Assembly: GCF_006345805.1 (NCBI RefSeq)
Contig: NC_043010.1
Span: 17,732,001 to 17,796,000 of the forward strand
Origin: Octopus sinensis
Taxonomy: Eukaryota
DNA: 64,000 bases
Reading direction: 5' to 3'
Under the pieces are notes generated by a model. It was not told where the DNA came from. It saw only the letters and a list, made by a program, of their open reading frames with translations, and made no database searches. Position 1 is the stretch's first letter. Each line of letters begins with the position of its first letter. Shown one piece after another: positions 1 to 13,109 of this stretch. The translations under genes were made by a program, and so were the position numbers.

Positions 1-2337
1 TTCACAGGCCCACACCCTCAGAGTTGGCACACTGAAGGGCAGGTCTGGTGAGATTGTTGAGATGCTTGAACGGAGATGTGTTGATTTGTGCTGCCTCCAA
101 GAAGTAAGGTGGAGAGGAGGTTCCACTAGGTTCCTCACAGGCAAAGAACACAGGTACAAGATTTTCTGGGCAGGGAACACTGATGAGGTCAGGGGCATGG
201 GTATACTTTTTGCAGAGAAATGGGTTGATAAGGTAATTAAGGTAGTCAGAGTATGCAACAGAATACTTAAGATTAGATTAGTGCTTCATCATGGGTTAAC
301 AACCATTATCTCGGCCTTAAGCCCCTCAGCTGGGGCTACCTGATGGACAGAAAGGTCAAATTTATGACACCCTCTTGCAGACTACCACATTGACGAATGA
401 CAGGGACCTTCTCTTTGTGGCTGGTGACTTCAATGGACATGTTGGACAAGATGCAGGGGCTTCCATGGCGTACATAACGGCTATGGTTTTGGTTCCCACA
501 ATGAGGAGGGAACCAGACTGTTGGAGTTCTGTGATGCAAAGGATCTTATGGTTTGCAATGCTAATTTCAGGAAACCTGCCAGTCACCTAGATACAAATAA
601 TTACAGAGGCATCAAGTTGTTGGATCAGGTAATGAAGGTCAAGGAGAGGGTCATAGCCTAACTAATTAGCGTGAGAGTCAGTTTAGATGAGATGCAGTTT
701 GGGTTTGTGCCAGGGAAACACACCACTGATGCTATATTTCTGGTAAGACAGCTGCAGGAGAAATACCTAGCCAAAGATAAACCTCTGTACCTGGCTTTCG
801 TTGATATGGAGAAAGCCTTTGACAGGGTGCCCCGATCCCTTATCAGGTGGTCAATGAGGAAACTAGGGATAGATGAATGGTGAGAGCTGTGCAAGCCATG
901 TACAGGGACACTGTCAATAAGGTGAGGGTTGGCAATGAGTACAGTGAAGAATTCCGGGTAAAGGTAGGGGTCCACCAAGGTTCAGTCCTCAATCCCCTTC
1001 TATTTATCATAGTCCCCCAGGCAATAACAGAGGAATTCAAGACAAGATGCCCCTGGGAGCTCCTCTATGCCGATGACCTTGCTCTAATTGCTAAAACCAA
1101 AGACCTAATAAGTAGGAAGCAGACAAACCACAAATCCCTTCAGGTAGATGGCCCTGCTTGATCTGTAGAAAAGGCATAGGTAGAAACTCTATAAGATGTA
1201 CCCAGTGTAAGCTATGGACACATAAGAGGTACAGCAATATCAAAAGAAAGCTAACTGGGAAGATAGTTTTTGTCTGTGGCAGATTCTCAGGAGCAATAAA
1301 CACTGAAAATGGGCAGAGAACAACTTCCGCCACATTCCAGGAAGAAAAACTAGAAGTAGTTGATAGTTTCTGTTACCTAGGTGACCAAGTCAGTAGCTGG
1401 GGAGGGTGCACTGAAAGTGTAGCTGCTAGAATAAGAATAGCCTGGGCAAAGTTCAGAGTGCTCTTACCGCAGCTGGTAACAAATGGCCTCTCGCTCAAAG
1501 TAAAAGGTAAACTGTATAACACAGGTGTACGAACAGCCATGCTACATGGCAGTGAAACATAGGCCGTGACTGCTGAGGAGATGCATAAGGTTACAAGGAA
1601 TGAAGCCAGTATGCTCCGCTGGATGGTTAATGTCAGTGCATACACGACAGAGTGTAAGTACCTTGAGAGAAAAGTTGGACCTAAGAAGCATCAGATGTGG
1701 TGTGCAAGAGAGACTGCACTGGTATGGTCATGTGGTGAGAATGGATGAGGATAGCTGTGTGAAAAAGTGTGACACCCTAGTGATTGAGGGAACCTGTGAA
1801 ATAGGTAGACCTGGGATGAGGTGGTGAAGTATGACCTTCAAACATTAGACCTCACTGAGGCAATGACTAGTGACTGAGACCTTTGGAAATATGCTGTGCT
1901 TGAGAAAACCTGGAAAGCCAAGTGAGACCATAGCCCGTGCCTATACCAGTGGTGTAACCAGCATACTCATGCATACCTTTCCTTCATTGGACACTAAACT
2001 CTGCTTGTGAAGACCTGTTGAGGCAAGTGAAATTGAAATCAAATTCGATGACAGCACCATCCAAGTGTGATCGTTGCCAGAGGCATGTAAAAAATACCAT
2101 TCGAGCATGATTGTTACTGTTGCCTTACTGGCACTTGTTCTGGTGGCACATGAAAGACAACATTCAAGCAAGGTCTTTGCCAGTGCAAGTGGCACGCAAA
2201 AGCACTCGCTACACTCTTGGAGTGGTTGGCATTAGGAAAGGCATCCAGATTGGAGCCTGGTTCAGCCATCTGACTCGCCAGTCCTCAAACACTGTCCAAC
2301 CCATACCAGCATGGAAAGCAGACAGTAAATGATGACG
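1..2337 (+). mobile_element. Decayed RTE-clade LINE (endonuclease fragments, RT, 3' UTR, (GAT)n tail)
   Basis: CCLQEVRW and VAGDFNGHVG (APE); QFGF, AFVDMEKAFDRVPR, GVHQGSVL, LLYADDL, FCYLGD (RT). Many stops and frameshifts, an internal deletion near 590, and the start is cut by the window edge. Confidence 0.92.
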
Positions 2338-2341
2338 GCTT

Positions 2342-3875
2342 AGAATCTTGAGGTTAGTAGCCTGTATTCTTAACCACTATGCCATATGCCCATGGGCAAT
2401 TATGGGGTGAATTTTAAGGCCTATAAACCTAATATTTTTCTATCCTTCCTTAATACCAGTTTCCATATGCTACTCATATCTGCTTAGGAGATTGTTGTGT
2501 CCTAGCATATGAGCTGCTTCTTTTAGTTTTCGTATGTTCTCTGTTTATTATTTTAACTTCATCCCACAGGGGGAGGTGGTCTCCGTTTTTCCATACATGA
2601 TCAGCTATACCCGATTTATTGATATCTCCTCATGTCACTGCTTTGCAATGTTCCTCTTCCCTTATTTTGAGATAAGATACAAAAGATTTGCAACTCATAT
2701 GACATCAGGACAGTATTCAAGAGTAATACAACACTCGCAAATATTTCCCCTCGAATAAAACCACCAATAGAAGAAAATACAACCAAAGACTGCATGTACT
2801 CCATCCTATGCAGCTGTGGTAGGTTACACAAAGGCAAAACATGCCACCCACTCAAGATAAGAGTAGAGGAACATAGAGAGAAACTCCATCAGAAACGAGC
2901 TCGTCTCTCAAACCATCGAACCTTCTTGTGTAGATGTAGAGACTCAAAGCTAATACCACCTGGCTACAATGTAATGCTCGAAGAGTAGTAGAAAGGGCAG
3001 GACACGTCCTCGTCCATGAGAGGACCCATTATAAGTGATGAAAACAACTAAATAACGAAATCAGATGGTCGTCTGCTTCTTCGGGTGGGTGGAATTCAGT
3101 CTTCATGAATTTCTTAATCTGGCATGTCTTCACCTCAAATTCTTTCTTGTATGATTTTTCTAGATCATGTTATTTTGAGGGGGTGGTATGTTTCGCCCTT
3201 GTGTAACCTACCACAGCTGCATAGGATGGAGTACATGCAGTCTTTGGTCATATTCTCTTCTCTTGGTGGTTTTACTCGAAGGAGATATTTGCAAAAAGTT
3301 GTATTACTCTTGAATACTGTTCTGATGTCATATGAGTTGCAAATCTTTTGTATCTTATCTCAAAATAAAGGTAGAGGAACATCGCAAAGCTGTGACATGA
3401 GATATCGATAAATCGGGTATAGCTGATCATGTATGGAAAAAATGGAGACCACCTGTGGGATGAAGTTAAAATAATAAACAGAGAACACCACTGGAAAATA
3501 TGAAAATTAAAAGAAGCAGCACATATGCTAGGACACAACAACCTCTTAAGCAGACTGAATGCAGTTATAAGTAGCATATGAAACTAGTATTAAGGAAGAA
3601 TAGGAAAATATTAGGTTTATAAGCCCCAAAATTCACTCCATGAATGCCCATGGGCATAGTGGTTAAGAATGTATGTTACTAACTTCAAGATTCTGAGTTC
3701 AATTCCAAGCAGTGACTTTAATAAATAACATCAGCAAAAAAATACCTTAGGAATGAGAACCTGGGTTTGAAATTCCACCAAGACATCTGATGAAGGCTGG
3801 AGAGTACATCAGCTGAAACATTATGGTAACAACAAATGAGATGAGGACAAACATCCGTCAAATGTAAATTATTGT
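2342..3875. mobile_element. Penelope-like element relic with inverted duplication
   Basis: Plus strand about 2660-2880 reads DKIQKICNSYDIRTVFKS...CMYSILCSCGRLHKGKTCHPLKIRVEEH (linker + GIY-YIG). About 3430-3580 reads INREHHWK..KLKEAAHMLGHNNLLSR (GIY-YIG C-terminal part). 2342-~2850 is inverted at ~3180-3695. Confidence 0.8.
3781..3830 (+). ncRNA. Degenerate minimal type I hammerhead ribozyme (PLE-type)
   Basis: CTGATGA 3787-3793; stem II GGCTG/CAGCT; GAAAC 3815-3819; stem I CAT/ATG. Stem III is broken (ACAT rather than ACGT). Confidence 0.55.
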
Positions 3876-5230
3876 TCAATCAATATCGACTCCATCCTTT
3901 TACATGCACTTTCCATGCTTAGCATCAGTGGCCCAAGTTCTGATTCAAGCCAGTTCATACTTGGGGCCCCCACTACCCTACAAGAAGGTCATTATTTGTG
4001 CTTGATCACTCTGGCACATCAGTCACTTTACAAAGCAATACAGAGGGGGTTCATATCATAACACCAGTACTACAGATTCATCATATTGTGGACAAAACTA
4101 AACGAGTTTCTCTAGTCTCTACTTGTTCATCCTCCACATCATAGAGTGTGCTGGAGGTGTCTTATTGTGATCCCAGCACAAATGTGGTGGCTTTCTACCT
4201 TGTAAAAACTAAAGTAGCCCCCACTGCTACTTCACATTGTGTCTGTTCAACAAAGACAATGTGATCAACAGGATGAATAGGAGACAATAACAGCAGATTA
4301 ACTGGAATGGCTGAGTGGAAAGGAGGCAGTGAGTGGGGTGAGGTGGTGGTAATGAATAACAAGTGAGGTGGACAAGAGGGAGTGATGGCTGTCTATAATA
4401 AGCAGCCTGGGGAGAGGAAGTGATGACTGGCAGCATGAAAAGCATGATGATAATGTATTTGGTAGAAACAGATACAAGGTCTTAAGGGTAAAAGGCGGGG
4501 ATTAAATAGGAGTAGGTTCTGTGCCATCTATTACACAGACAACATGGTACAGAAGACGGTGGGGGGGGGGTTAGTGTGATAAGGACAAGAGAGAATAAGT
4601 TGAACAGATCCAATGACCTCCTTAATTCCATGAGCTCTGACAGATTGGGGGGAAAAAAATGATCATTTTCATATTACCCCAATCAGAGGGTTGAAAAGCA
4701 AAGCATGAAGGAAAAAAAAAAAGATTCTGTTTAGAGCCAGCTTCCTCGCTTCTTTTCAAACATTAAGATTTCATATAAAAAAAAAACAACTAAATTTAAA
4801 GAATATTCAACAGTGGTTAAAGTTGGCATTGGAACAAATGAAACAAATATAAATTAGATTTGCAAAGGATAAAAGAAATTGCCAGAACTAGGTTAATTGG
4901 TTCGTTCAGTAAATAATTTTGGAAATTAACAATTCCCTTGTCAATCTTTCACTTTTCATGGAAAGGGTTAATATTTGCACAGGGCCAGCAGGTGGTTGGA
5001 GAGGCTAAGTTGATTAAACTGACCTCAGTGTGCAACTGGTACTATTTTTATTGATCCTGGTAGAATTTGAACTCAGAACAAAGTCGGAAGAAATGCTGCT
5101 AAAGATTCACAGAAAAAACCGATTTTGGCAGAGAAATATGAAATGTCTTTCTTTTAAAGTTATTCTGGACATCAAAATCTGCAAAGCAGCAACAAAAGTG
5201 ACTTTTAGCAAGTAGAACACAGAACTGGGT

Positions 5231-7007
5231 TTTATTAAATGTTATATCTTCCTCCATCTCTATTCACACACCAGTCCAGTTATATTAATCACAATCATAG
5301 AGTCCAGCTGTAGTGTCCACTTATATATTACTCCAAAAGAATTTATATTAAATTATTTGAAATATATTTTCCTGAAATAAAAATGACAGGCCTCACATGA
5401 CATAAGTGACCAAATGAAAGTCAAATTTTAAAATTTTATTCTCTCTCCCAACATGTCTGACCACCTGACACAACCAACTCTGTGGAATCAATTTACATTT
5501 CTCCCCACATTCTCTACGTAACACTGCAGTGTTTGCTCTTGGCTTGGCCCCTGCCTCCCCTCTTCTTATACACAACATTGCTCACTGCACTCTTCTACAG
5601 GACTTCATTATTACACAGAAACCAACGCAATGAAGCAACCTATTCACACACACACACACATAATTCAAATCTCTTCCTCATGTCGTCCCATTTTCTCCAC
5701 TGGTCCTTGTCTTCATGAAATTCTTCAACTTCCCAAAGATATGAACACATACAATTGTGTGTTGAAAGCAACCATCTCCAATACCTCTGTTTACTCTCGT
5801 CAGATATTAATAAGACCTCGTCCAACTCTCGTTGACACTCTGGGATAACACTAACATTTTGTGAGAGTAAAATCATTTCTCTTCGCATAATGAACACACA
5901 GTTGTGTAACTTGAAAACTATCTTTTGGCAAACCTTCCTGCTTGCAATAACTGAATTGTCAGTTTGTAAAGTCGTTCTAGCAGAATGGTCAAGGTTCTTT
6001 AAATTCTCTGTACCCTCACTCAAATTTGGGTACATCATGTACCTCAAGCTCATTATTCTCACAACATAAACGTTTCTAAATCATACACATCTACATGTAA
6101 GGCACCAGCCTAGATTCATCTTTTGTTCAGTACACAGGACTTGCACTAAGGCAAACCACTCAACAACAAATTCAACTGAGAACCAGAGAATAACCTACAA
6201 TATTTAGTCAAATGCCTCCATATTCTTGATTTAGAATGCTAAGTTGGCTTCGACTTTCATTATTTGGGCTAAAAAAAAAAAAAACAGAAAGACAAAAGCA
6301 AAGTTGACCTTGGTGCCAAATAAACAAACAATGTGAAGGGACCTTTCTAAATACTAGAAGGCAATTTGTCTGACAATCAAAAAGGCTTCCATTCACTATT
6401 CTAACATACAGAAAAAGAAACTCTAAGAAAAAACAAAAACGTTATTTTGCAAAAGCCAAACGACAATAGTTTGATAAAAATACAAAGAAATAAAAATAAT
6501 AACAATGACATTTAACCAACGTAATTTTGTTAAAAATGTTCCCCCTCATCTTCATTCTTTATTTCACTTCATTCTCTTTGAGTTCAGTCTTTATTGAAAT
6601 AAACAACTGGTAGATAGCAGTGTCCAAGGCCAGCTCTGATTTCAAGAATAAAATGTCCACAGTCTCAAAGCTGGATCACTGCAGAGGTCAACAGAAATAT
6701 TCTGTAGACAGATTATATATATATATATACACACACACCACACACATACATACACGCACGCACGCACTAACCGAAAGGGTGACATGCAGCTGCCTGCAGT
6801 GGGCAGTCATCAACATCACAATCATCTGACAGCTCTCCTCAAAAGTCATTGAAAAGGAATGCATATTCCAGCCATTTGTATAAAAGATGATGTCTAGATA
6901 CCAAAATAAATATCTTTCAAAGTAGTTGAATGACTCAGATTCCTTGATTGACACTCTTGGAGTAACAGCTGAGGTAGATAGAATTTACCAAGCTAAAATA
7001 TGGTTTT
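5231..7007 (-). other. Probable long 3' UTR of C2orf42 with candidate poly(A) signals
   Basis: About 1.8 kb with no recognisable SINE/LINE. Minus-strand AATAAA at 6590-6595, 6558-6563 and 5231-5236; the last is followed by a GT-rich tract. Confidence 0.5.
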
Positions 7008-7210
7008 TCAAGGAATTTCTTGAACGTGAATAGTCTGTACTGGAATCTCAGGTGAAGTAGCGGCTATCAACCTGTGCTCTACATGTCCATTTCTTTGATG
7101 TCCGTATTCAAATTTTATTCGTAATTCTCCAATGTGAGATTTCGGTAGAATGTCAGGAATCCATTCAATGATGAAAGGAGTAGGATCTTTCTGGTCCACA
7201 CTGGTGTTAC
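7008..7210 (-). CDS. C2orf42: C2orf42 coding exon 8 (terminal, TGA stop)
   Basis: cttcag|GTAAC...[44 protein letters not shown] matches the human C-terminus. Exon lengths sum to 1770 nt (589 aa + stop). Confidence 0.95.
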
Positions 7211-7431
7211 CTGAAGAACAAAAGAAAATCATCTTCAAGTTGTGCAATCAACATAATGGAAATATAAAATGTGTAAAAGGTAAATATTTTTGCCAAAGTA
7301 AAGCTGATTTATTAATTTCGTTTAGACAATAATTTGAAGGAAGTTAATTAAAAAGAGAACTTGTAATTCAACCAAATATGAAAGAAGCTACAACGTTAAT
7401 ATCGTTATGTTTCCAATCTCTGATTCATTAA

Positions 7432-7820
7432 GGTTTACTCTTTTACTTGTTTCAGTCATTTGACTGTGGCCATGCTGGAGCACCGCCATTTAGTTGAACA
7501 AATCGATCCCAGGACTTATTCTTTGTAAGCCTAGTACTTATTCTATCGGTCTCTTTTTGCCAACTGCTAAGTTACAGGAACATAAACACACCAGCATCGG
7601 TTGTCAAGCGATGCTGGGGGGACAAACAGATACACAAACATATATACACATACATACATACAACAGGCTTCTTTCAGTTTCCGCCTGTCAAATCCACTCA
7701 CAAGGCTTTGGTTGGCCTGAGGCTATAGTAGAAGACACTTGCCCAAGGTGACATGCAATGGGACTGAACCCAGAACCATGTGGTTGGTAAGCAAGCTACT
7801 TACCACACAGCTACACCTAT
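7432..7820 (-). mobile_element. tRNA-derived SINE family A
   Basis: Minus-strand head with A-box and B-box-like motifs (GCTGTGTGGTAAG...GGTTCAGTCCC) and a shared body and tail (AAGTAAAAGAG). Many copies in the window. Confidence 0.8.
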
Positions 7821-8396
7821 GCATATCCTACGATAGGAAGAATTATTAATATTGTTGTTGATGTTGTTGTTTATCCCATATCAGCCTTGCCCATCCTAGT
7901 CTACCAACTGAGACAAATAACTGATGAAAGATATTTGCTGACACCAACCCACATCACTAAAGTCCTCTCCACCCCTGACAGCCACTCTTTAATGTATTCA
8001 AGAATGCCAAAATTATTTCTCAATCTTTTCAATTTCATTTTCATTTTCTTTCCTGCAGATCTGGTTCATTTGTTTCCTGCCTCAAAAACACTCAAAACAA
8101 GCAAATTCTTATTCAACACAACACAAATGGGTTTCAGGCTAATATGCAAAGATTTCAATCTAATTTTTTTCTTCTTTTTATTTTACTTGTTTCAGTCATT
8201 AGACTGTGGCCATGCTGGGGCACTGCCTTGAAAAACTTTTGGCCAGATGAATCCACCTCAGTACTCGGTCTTCTTTTAAAGCTTTTAAAACTTATTTTAT
8301 TGGCACCTTTTTTGGGGGGACCACTAAGTTATTGGAACATAAACACACCAACACCAGCTGTCAAGTGAGGTTGGGGACAAACACATACAAATAGAT

Positions 8397-8938
8397 ATAT
8401 TGGACCTCACAGATGCTATGACAAAAGACTGAGACCTCTGAAGATATGCTGTGACTGCGAAGACCCGACAAATGAAGTCAGTTCATGGCTCGTAGGACGG
8501 CCTGCTGTGCTAACCTTGGATTGTAGAGTGACCTGCTGTACTTGAGGAGACCTATTGAGTCAAGTACGTCAACACCAACATCAAAATAAAAATCAAATGG
8601 GAATTGTAGCTATGATACCCATGCTTGTGGCACGTAAAAAGCACCATCTGAACGTGGCTGATGCCAGCGCCGCCTGACTGGCATCCGTGTCGGTGACACG
8701 TAAAAAGCACCAACTGATCATGGCTGTTTGCCAGCCTCCTCTGGCCCCTGTGCTGGTGGCACGTAAAAAGCACACACTACACTCACGAAGTGGTTGGCAT
8801 TAAGAAGGGCATCCAGCTGTAGAAACACTGCCAGATCAGACTGGAGCCTGGCGCTGCCTCCTGGCTTCCCAGACCCCAGTCGAATCATCCAACACATGCT
8901 AGCATGGAAAACGGACATTAAACGATGTTGATGATGAT
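8397..8938 (+). mobile_element. 5'-truncated RTE LINE 3' end
   Basis: Matches 1850-2337 of the LINE at the window start; ends AAACGATGTTGATGAT. Confidence 0.8.
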
Positions 8939-8943
8939 ATATA

Positions 8944-9337
8944 CTCTTACTCTTTTACTTGTTTCAGTCATTTGACTGTGGCCATGCTGGAGCACCGCCT
9001 TTAGTTGAGCAAATCGACCCCAGGACTTATTCTTTGTAAGCCTAGTACTTACTCTATCGGTCTCTTTTGCCGAACCGCTAAGTTATGGGGACGTAAGCAC
9101 ACCAGCATCGGTTGTCAAGCGATGTTGGGGGGACAAACACAGACACACAAACATAGATATATATATATACATATATACGACGGGCTTCTTTCAGTTTCCA
9201 TCTACCAAATCCACTCACAAGGCTTTGGTCGGCCCGAGGCTATAGTAGAAGACACTTGCTCAAGGTGTCATGCAGTGGGACTGAACCCGAAACCATGTGG
9301 TTGGTAAGCAAGCTACTTACCACACAGCCACTCCTAT
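8944..9337 (-). mobile_element. tRNA-derived SINE family A (near full length)
   Basis: Highly similar to 7432-7820 and to the reverse complement of 18046-18436. Confidence 0.85.
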
Positions 9338-9922
9338 ATATAATTTTAATTAGAGATTAAAATATCCAAAGAATTACTGGTTTGTTACCTATTATTCTGT
9401 TGTGAATAGCAATATTCCTAAAATAATAGGTCTAAGTAGAAATCTTGGTTTATAAATATTCAAATTAAAATCCAGAAAATGGAGATGCAGCATTAATATA
9501 ATTTATTAACTGCAAAAATCCAACATATATATATTTATTTAATTATGACAGGCTTCTTTCAGTTTCCATCTACCAAATATACACACAAGGCTATGGTTAG
9601 CCTGAGACTATAGTAGAAAACACTTGCCAAAGGTGTCTCACAATGGGACTGAACCTGGAACCATCTGCTTGGGAAACAAGCTTCTTACCACACAGCCACT
9701 CCTAATTCCTATTGCATTTTAAATTTGACAAAGATTCTCAAGCTGACCCCATTATTTCCTTAACATAAAACATTGCAAAACTCTAATAAAACCAAATTCC
9801 ACTGGAGCTAGCAGTGATAGTTATAGTTATATTTTATTATCATTCAAAAAGAAAAAAAAAGAAAAGAAAAAATCGAATGAAATATATTCCTGGTAAGATT
9901 TTTCCAAGATCTCATAACTTAC

Positions 9923-10082
9923 CAACTTTTAAAAAAGTTTTCAACTCAAATGGCCGGATTGGTGTTTGATGTTTGCTTTTATAAGTGTCATCAATGCTTT
10001 CAACTTTTACTTTTGGGACTTCATATAAATCATAAGTGCCGTCACGATTTTCAACAAAGTTTCGAGTAATTTCTAACGGCAT
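9923..10082 (-). CDS. C2orf42: C2orf42 coding exon 7
   Basis: ttgtag|ATGCCG...GTTG|gtaagt, 160 nt. [20 protein letters not shown]...[11 protein letters not shown]. Confidence 0.94.
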
Positions 10083-10934
10083 CTACAAATGAAAAAGAAA
10101 ATTTAAAATTTATTAGCCATGTTACTTCTACTTAAAAAGTTTTATTTTCTTTTTCTTTTCATAATTTCCGCAAACTGTGTCCATGCCAGCAATATATCTA
10201 CCATTTTTTAAAACCCATTAGCATTCAAATCATAATCATCATTTAACATCTGTTTTCCATGCTGGCATCGGTTGGATGGTTTAACTGGTCTGGAGAGCCA
10301 ACAGCTGCACCAGGCTCCAGTCTGATCTGACAAAGTTTCTATAGCTGGATGCCCTTCCTAATGCCAACCACTCTGAGTGTAGTGGGTGCTTTTTAACCTT
10401 CTAGGGTTTTCCAAACCACGCATTAAATAGGCTTTGAAGCAGTCTCTTGACAAGCTAGAAATAACAGCCAAACCTCCGACTAACTCTACATACTTTGTAG
10501 GCACTCCTACACAAGTGTGCCCCTTTGACTTTGTTTCCTCATAACTTTCAGAAAAAGGACTCAATCAAATTCAGATTGTTTTAAATTAATCATGCATTAT
10601 CTCGCAGCATCAAGATTTCGACGTGATTGTTTATTTGTAGAATAACACCGTAGGGAAGGTTTGAGGCCAGATCCAGCTGGTTTGAACATATTTGTAGAAT
10701 ATTTGGACTGGATATGAGTAGTTTAAATGCTGCAGGGTTAAATTCATATGTCAAAATTTGTTGATTCATTTTATATAGGATTAAAATAAACTCAATTAAA
10801 TAATCACTTGAAACAGCTTTGAATTTCAAAACTCATATTAAACATATCTGCCAGTGAAAAGCATGATGCTGTGGTTTTTGTGTGAGAAAATCTTTTCACA
10901 GACAAGTTGTGTTAAAAATAAAATATATATATAT

Positions 10935-11180
10935 ATATCAGAGCAAGACATATTATTGACCACAAGGGGCTAAACATAGAGGAGACAAACAAAGACAGAC
11001 AAAGGGATTAAGTCGATTATATCGACCCCAGTGCATAACTGGTTCTTATTTAATCAACCCTGAAAGGGTGAAAGGCAAAATCGACCTCAGCAGAATTTGA
11101 ACTCAGAACATAGCGGCAGACAAAATACCGGTAAGCATTTCACCCAGCGTGCTAACGATTCTTCGAGCTCGCCGCCTCAT
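10935..11180 (-). mobile_element. tRNA-derived SINE family B (Nin/Deu-like central domain)
   Basis: Reverse complement of the GGCGAGCTGGCAGAA...TTTGCCTTTCATCCTTTCGGGGTCGA family. Further copies at about 13800-14035, 15003-15230, 22938-23110, 28430-28600 and 45245-45470. The domain name is from recall. Confidence 0.75.
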
Positions 11181-11768
11181 CAGAGTAAGACAAACATCAT
11201 CTGAGTAGTGACACACGAGAACACATTTCAGCTTAATTGAATCTTGTCAATGATGTTCATTGGTATAATGTTGTGTCTCTATGAAGAGATTTTCTCTCAG
11301 ACAAAAACCACAGCATCATACCTTTCAATGGTGTATATATGTTAAGTATGATACACAGGTGACTATTTTAATTAAACTAGTTTTAGCCAATTTATAAGAT
11401 AAGGTATGTCGTCACAAATTAGTTTCAGAAAGATAAATAATTTGTTCAGGTTTCCTAATTAGTGGACAAATGAATCATTAACAATGATGAGAAAAGTATC
11501 CCAATTCCATGAGTAGCCTCAACATGGTTATTTCATCTTCTAGAAAGAGCAGTCAAATTGTCCGCAAATCATATCCTACAGTTTCAAAAGAAGAAAATGA
11601 GAGAGAGAATACACTGGACACACTATGTCTAAATAAAAGAAGGGATGGTCACAGTTGGATTTCTTCGATCTACTAAATCATAGCTGATCTGAGGCTCAAC
11701 AATATAAGGTTCACAGAAATAAAAACAATATTTGGTTTCTTGTCCTCCTCTACAAGTCATTCACTTAC

Positions 11769-11977
11769 ATCTGATGTGTCAAATATTTGTTTCACTTGTA
11801 AAATATTGGTGATGTGCCATGTATATTTAGTAAACATTCCCAGAGGAAGAGCATCCTTGCGGACAAAACCTGTTGTATAGTTTGGTAAACGCTTTTTCTT
11901 GTTTCCTGAAGAGATTCTTTGCTGTAAACAATCAAAGAATGCCTGAGGTGCATGGAATACTAATGGTTCGGGGCTGC
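11769..11977 (-). CDS. C2orf42: C2orf42 coding exon 6
   Basis: ttccag|GCAGC...AGAT|gtaagt, 209 nt. [21 protein letters not shown]...[40 protein letters not shown]. Confidence 0.95.
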
Positions 11978-12370
11978 CTGGAAAAACAACAGAAAAATAC
12001 TACAGTGAATAAATTTATACAGAATTAACTTTATAAGTAAACACAAGGGTCCAGAATTGGAGGGCAGGGTGGGGGAAGAAACAAAGTATAATTGATCAAA
12101 TTGACCCCAGTTTGAGCAGGGAGCAGAATCAGGAGTCAAGACAGAATATAATCAATCAATCATATTCCTCCACCCCCACCCCTTCAGTTGACCATTATTT
12201 TATTTCCTTATGAAAGTCAAAGTTGGCCTTGACAGAATTTAAACATAAAGAGATGCCAGTGAAAGGTAGTTTGTGTGGTGCTCTACCGATTTTGTCAATC
12301 ATTGCCCTAATTTATAAAACAATTTTTAATACAGACATAAAGGTTTCAAATTTAGGGGATGTAGACCAAC

Positions 12371-12783
12371 GGATCTTTTCGGTTTGAACAGCAGTTTTTA
12401 ACATAATTTCTAGGTAATTAAAAAATTTTAAACTTCGTATACTGATAGAATATGTTTATAAAACATCTTTTTCTCTTGGTTTGAGAAAATTCTATAGTTT
12501 GTAAGATATTTGTGGTTTTTTTTCTTCAATTTCTGCAATTTCAATCAATCAGTGACGTCCATTGAGGTAAACAACATTCTGTGCCATATGAATATGTCCC
12601 TCGTTTAAGAAACAGATTGGATTTATTTACATTTGTGAAGAAAAAAAGATACCATTCCCCCCACCCCTAATCCTAACCCTAAAATAGATTGAAATGCAAT
12701 AGATCGATACTAGGGTCATAATTATGGGTGACAATTTCATATGACACCGCTAGAAAAAACTGCCGTTCAAACCGAAAAGATCC
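12371..12783 (+). mobile_element. MITE with GGATC termini and 8-bp TSD (Merlin-like), copy 1
   Basis: About 29-bp TIR GGATCTTTTCGGTTTGAAC(A/G)GCAGTTTTT; perfect TSD AGACCAAC at 12363-12370 and 12784-12791. Confidence 0.85.
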
Positions 12784-13007
12784 AGACCAACTGGTATCTT
12801 ATGAAAGCAAAGTTCTCTTTGTTAGAATTCAAACTGAAGGGTGTACAAAGACAGAAATACCAAGAGATACCATTTTGTTTGGTGCTCAACCAATTCTAAT
12901 TGATAATGGTGATAATGAGAACATTTGCTCTTTCAACACAAAAACTCAAGTTATAAAAATAAGCAGAATAACAAAGAATACAAACAAACAAGAAAAAAGG
13001 GTCTCAC

Positions 13008-13109
13008 CTTCAAACTGATAATGCATTGTCTGGTTAATTCTCTCTGTCACACTACCTAACCATTGATGGAATGTCACAGCTACAGAACTTTCAACAAGTG
13101 GGACTGTAA
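13008..13109 (-). CDS. C2orf42: C2orf42 coding exon 5
   Basis: cctcag|TTACA...GAAG|gtgaga, 102 nt. [23 protein letters not shown] matches human [23 protein letters not shown]. Confidence 0.93.
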
